In this document: one piece after another, positions 60,291 to 64,000 of the stretch
Layout of the letters: each line of letters starts with the position of its first letter
How positions within the stretch are numbered: position 1 is the first letter of the stretch
Source: Octopus vulgaris
Taxonomy: Eukaryota
DNA length: 64,000 bases
Assembly (NCBI GenBank): GCA_951406725.2
Contig: OX597815.1
Location: forward strand, 109,616,001-109,680,000
Direction of reading: 5' to 3'
Position numbers and translations under genes: made by a program
The notes under the pieces: model-generated
Databases searched by the model: none
Seen by the model: only the letters and a program-made list of their open reading frames with translations
Told to the model about the DNA's origin: nothing

Positions 60291-60404
60291 TAGTCATTTA
60301 CTCATCACACGCGGCACAAGTACGGTTTATAAAACAACGTAGGCAATAGTATTGTGTGTGTGCGCGCGCGCGCGGTCAGAAAACTCGACAAGATAAATGA
60401 GTGG

Positions 60405-60550
60405 TACTTATATTTGAAAAGGCCAGCCTCGTTACATTCTGTGTCACACCAAATCTCACCGAGATCTACGTTAAGGGTACGCGTGTCTGTCAAAAGCTTA
60501 CTCAACTGCACGTTAATTTCACGAACAAGAATTGTAACTTGATCCGTAAC
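60405..60550 (+). mobile_element. Isolated 3' tail of the 52033-type SINE
   Basis: GGCCAGCCTCGTTACATTCTGTGTCACAC...GGGTACGCGTGTCTGT...TTAATTTCACGA aligns with ~52245-52355. Confidence 0.7.
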
Positions 60551-60835
60551 ACACAGCGAATTCATTGAACTCGAGAAATCTGATCTAGGATAAGTGGCAT
60601 TTCAGAAGTATTTCTATTTTGTGGGAAAGTGGTTGGGCTCCGTACGTAAGGCGTGAATTGTACAGTATGTTTTAGCGTCGAGTGCAAATTGCGCAATGTA
60701 CTGCTTATAGAGATCTAATGGGTTCTGCTATATTAACGGATTGCAACTGAGTAAAATTTAAGTTGTATAAATCGTTACTATTATGCAAAAGTGTCCAAAA
60801 CGTTGCTTTTTCAGAAAACGAAAATATTGTTCAAT

Positions 60836-61241
60836 AGGAGTGGCTGTGTGGTAAGTAGCTTGCTTACCAACCACATGGTTCCAGGTTCAGTCCCACTGCG
60901 TAGCAGCTTGGGCAAGTGTCTTCTGCTACAACCTCGGGCCGACCAAAGCCTTGTGAGTGGATTTGGTAGATGGAAACTGAAAGAAGCCCATCGTATATAT
61001 GTATGTATATATATATATATGTGTGTGTGTGTGTATGTTTGTGTGTCTGTGTTTGTCGCCCCCAACATCGCTTGAGAACCGATGCTGGTGTGTTTACGTA
61101 TTAGCGGTTCGGCAAAAGAGACCGATAGAATAAGTACCAGGCTTACAAAGGATAAGCCCTGGGGTAGATTTGATCGACTAAAGGCGGTGCTCCGGCATGG
61201 CCGCAGTCAAATGACTGAAACAAGTAAAAGAGTAAAAGAGT
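60836..61241 (+). mobile_element. tRNA-derived SINE family B, full length with internal TA/TG microsatellite
   Basis: GTGGCTGTGTGGTAAG..CTTGCTT.CCAACCAC..GGTTCAGTCCCACTGCG head, internal microsatellite, and tail ...CAGCATGGCCGCAGTCAAATGACTGAAAC-like. Several copies in the window. Confidence 0.85.
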
Positions 61242-61600
61242 ATTCCATAGCAAAACCGTTATACTACACTTTGACAATTTTTGATATCTTGGTAACTGAA
61301 GAAGCTGGAGATACGATAGTCTGACCAAAAGTAGCGGCTATTGCAAGCAAAACTAAATATTGAGAAAAGCGCATTTGGGCAAATTTAGACATACGACAGT
61401 TTAACATAGTAGCAACGAAATTGATTATTATTGTGTTTGTTATGGTAACTTCCTATCATTGATGGTATTTATATATTTATTAATTTATTCATTCAAATGT
61501 GCTTTGGCGTTGATGTTGATGTTGATTGCATTACTCAACAAGCAGTAGACAAACGGACAACGATGTACAAGAACGTTACACACACACATGTGTGTGCTTG

Positions 61601-61639
<39 letters not shown>

Positions 61640-61816
61640 TGTCTCTGAGTGTGTACATATATAACACATGATGAATGTACTGACAATATGCTACATAAAA
61701 GAAAAAATTCTTTCTGATATGTGCATGTTGGAGACGATGGTAATAATTTAAGCGGTAACAGCAAGCAACAGTAACAATAACAACAACAAAAAACAACAAA
61801 AACAACACCAACACCA

Positions 61817-61883
<67 letters not shown>

Positions 61884-63223
61884 GATTAATAGCTTCATAA
61901 ATTAGGAAAAGGATGCCACAAACCATTCTTACATTTTTCAAGTATGCTAGTAAGCAAGACACACGCATACATACATACACACACACATACACACGCGTGT
62001 ATATACGCATATATTTCCGCTTTGTTTTTGGCACCCTGTCCAGAGCATAAACAAGTAGCAACCGCAATTAGACCTATAGAAGTTGCTGTAGTATTGATGA
62101 TGACTTACTTTGATATTTATTTCAAAGCATTTGCTTAATAGAAAGAAAATTTGAAGATAAATTATGCAACGAAGCTAAATAAATAAATCATTTCTTAGTT
62201 ACGTTATTCCACTACAACAAACTTCATATGCTTGTGTTTGTTGTCCTTATTATCTTCATTTTAGATTCTGTCTCATTTTGTCTGTCTGTTTGTCACTCTG
62301 TCTGTATCATGGGCCCGCCTTATTCTGTTTCACGACTATCTGGTCTGTCTGTCTATGTTTCTATCTTTCTCTTTGTCTGTCACACTACCTGTCTGTCATT
62401 TTCCCTCATTAATTTTGTGCTTGTGTGTGTATTTCTTAGTGTTTGCGACTACAAAATTGTCACCATTAATTACTTGAAATTACAGAAAGATAACTTTATT
62501 AAAACACTGTTCCATTACTCTATACGTTCTTCATTTACACGCTATATGGAAACCATGCGTTTTGCTTATATTTTACAATCGTTACTGCTATAGAACAGCA
62601 GTAATCTACGACATTTAATAAAATATATATTTATAATAAAGTATATATTTACTCGATCATTGAGCATTTGACACGTACTGCTTTGTCTATACGAGCATAT
62701 GTATGTATGTATGTATGAATGTATGTATGTATGTATGTATGTATGTATGTATGTATGTATGTATGTATGTATGCATGCATGCATGTGTGCATGAGTGAGT
62801 ATCTTTGTTGCTGAAGTGCAGGCTTATTGTTGAAGATTAGCCTTGTCAAGAAAGCCCGTTTTCTTCAGGATGTGCTGAGACAAATTTTTGCTATAGAGCT
62901 GAGACCCAAACTTTGAACAAGAAGCTTAAAAAATGACTGTAGTATACATACAAAATGTTTCTTATCAGGGATCAAGACATCTCATATGGCGGGAGCACAA
63001 GAGCAAAGAGATTTATGGACATTATTGTTGGTCGACGGAAGTGTAGATTTTGTTGGTCTCTGCTCTCGTGCTGAACATGAGGCATATCATACGTTGTATT
63101 TTCAGAATCCCTCACACAAATATCGGACAAATACTACTCAACTACATCAATGTTTTGGGTAGAGACATACGAAATTCAGAACCTGCTAAAGCTAATGAGG
63201 AACAGTAGAACAGTGGGGCGGTT

Positions 63224-63288
<65 letters not shown>

Positions 63289-64000
63289 CATAATAATGAT
63301 AATAATAATGATATGACTGTCGTTGTGATTGTAGTGCTGAGTAAACAATTACCATGCAGAGTGAAGAATTATTTTTGTAAGCATGGCATAATAAAAGTAA
63401 TACTTACTACATATGCCTCAATTTACATCGATGACTTTGTGAAAATTATGGATATAACACTTCAGACAAGAGGTACAATCGTGTATCAGGAAAAAAGCCC
63501 GAAAGAAAGCTGATAAATCAAAACTTCTATGCGATTTTATTATCCATATAAACAATTGAATATTCTAGACGAGGCATCATTATATGTGATATTTAAAAAA
63601 TGCTTCATATTAATGTTATAATTCCTTCGCACAAAAGCGCTACGGACTACGAAAAGGAAAAAAATCTCGAAATATGATAGTTTAAAAGTCGAGATATCAA
63701 GAATTTGGGGGTTGCCCAGTAACAAAATAGAAAGTTGTACCAGTTACCATTGAGGAATTAGGTTCAATCCTCCCAAGAATTATCATGCGCTCTGAAGCAA
63801 TGAAACATCAACAATAGACATGTGAACCCTCCAAAAATCTATCCTCTTTCCAACACTTGATATTCCTGGATTTGTAAACATCTGTGAATTCTGTGTGAAT
63901 TAAGTGACTGCGATGTAAATAAAACTATAAATCTTCACTTTCTATTGACTTTTGAAAAAATGGTCTAATATTAAGCCGTTCATTCCTTCTGTTACAGGTT

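Overview
Eukaryotic, AT-rich, non-coding DNA with very dense microsatellites. The repeat families resemble those I recall from octopus (coleoid cephalopod) genomes; this is an inference from SINE families, not a database result. It is probably intergenic or inside a very large intron. I find no convincing host protein-coding gene, and almost all listed ORFs are translations of microsatellites. Recognisable elements: a near full-length but disrupted DD34D mariner nested inside a small TIR MITE, a decayed DD34E Tc1 element with long IR-DR ends, a mariner-type MITE, a 5'-truncated Penelope-like element (RT thumb plus GIY-YIG), 3' fragments of a CR1-like LINE and an R4/Dong-like LINE, and many tRNA-derived SINEs with swapped heads and tails. 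The most interesting signal is a set of short fold-back (palindromic) elements, most carrying degenerate minimal type-I hammerhead ribozyme motifs and one carrying Penelope-like ORF remnants, plus a separate repeat family with an apparently variant hammerhead core. Other candidates are a pre-miRNA-like hairpin at about 51.66 kb, a decayed acidic heptad-repeat exon, and a YY1-like promoter motif. Coordinates of decayed repeats are approximate.
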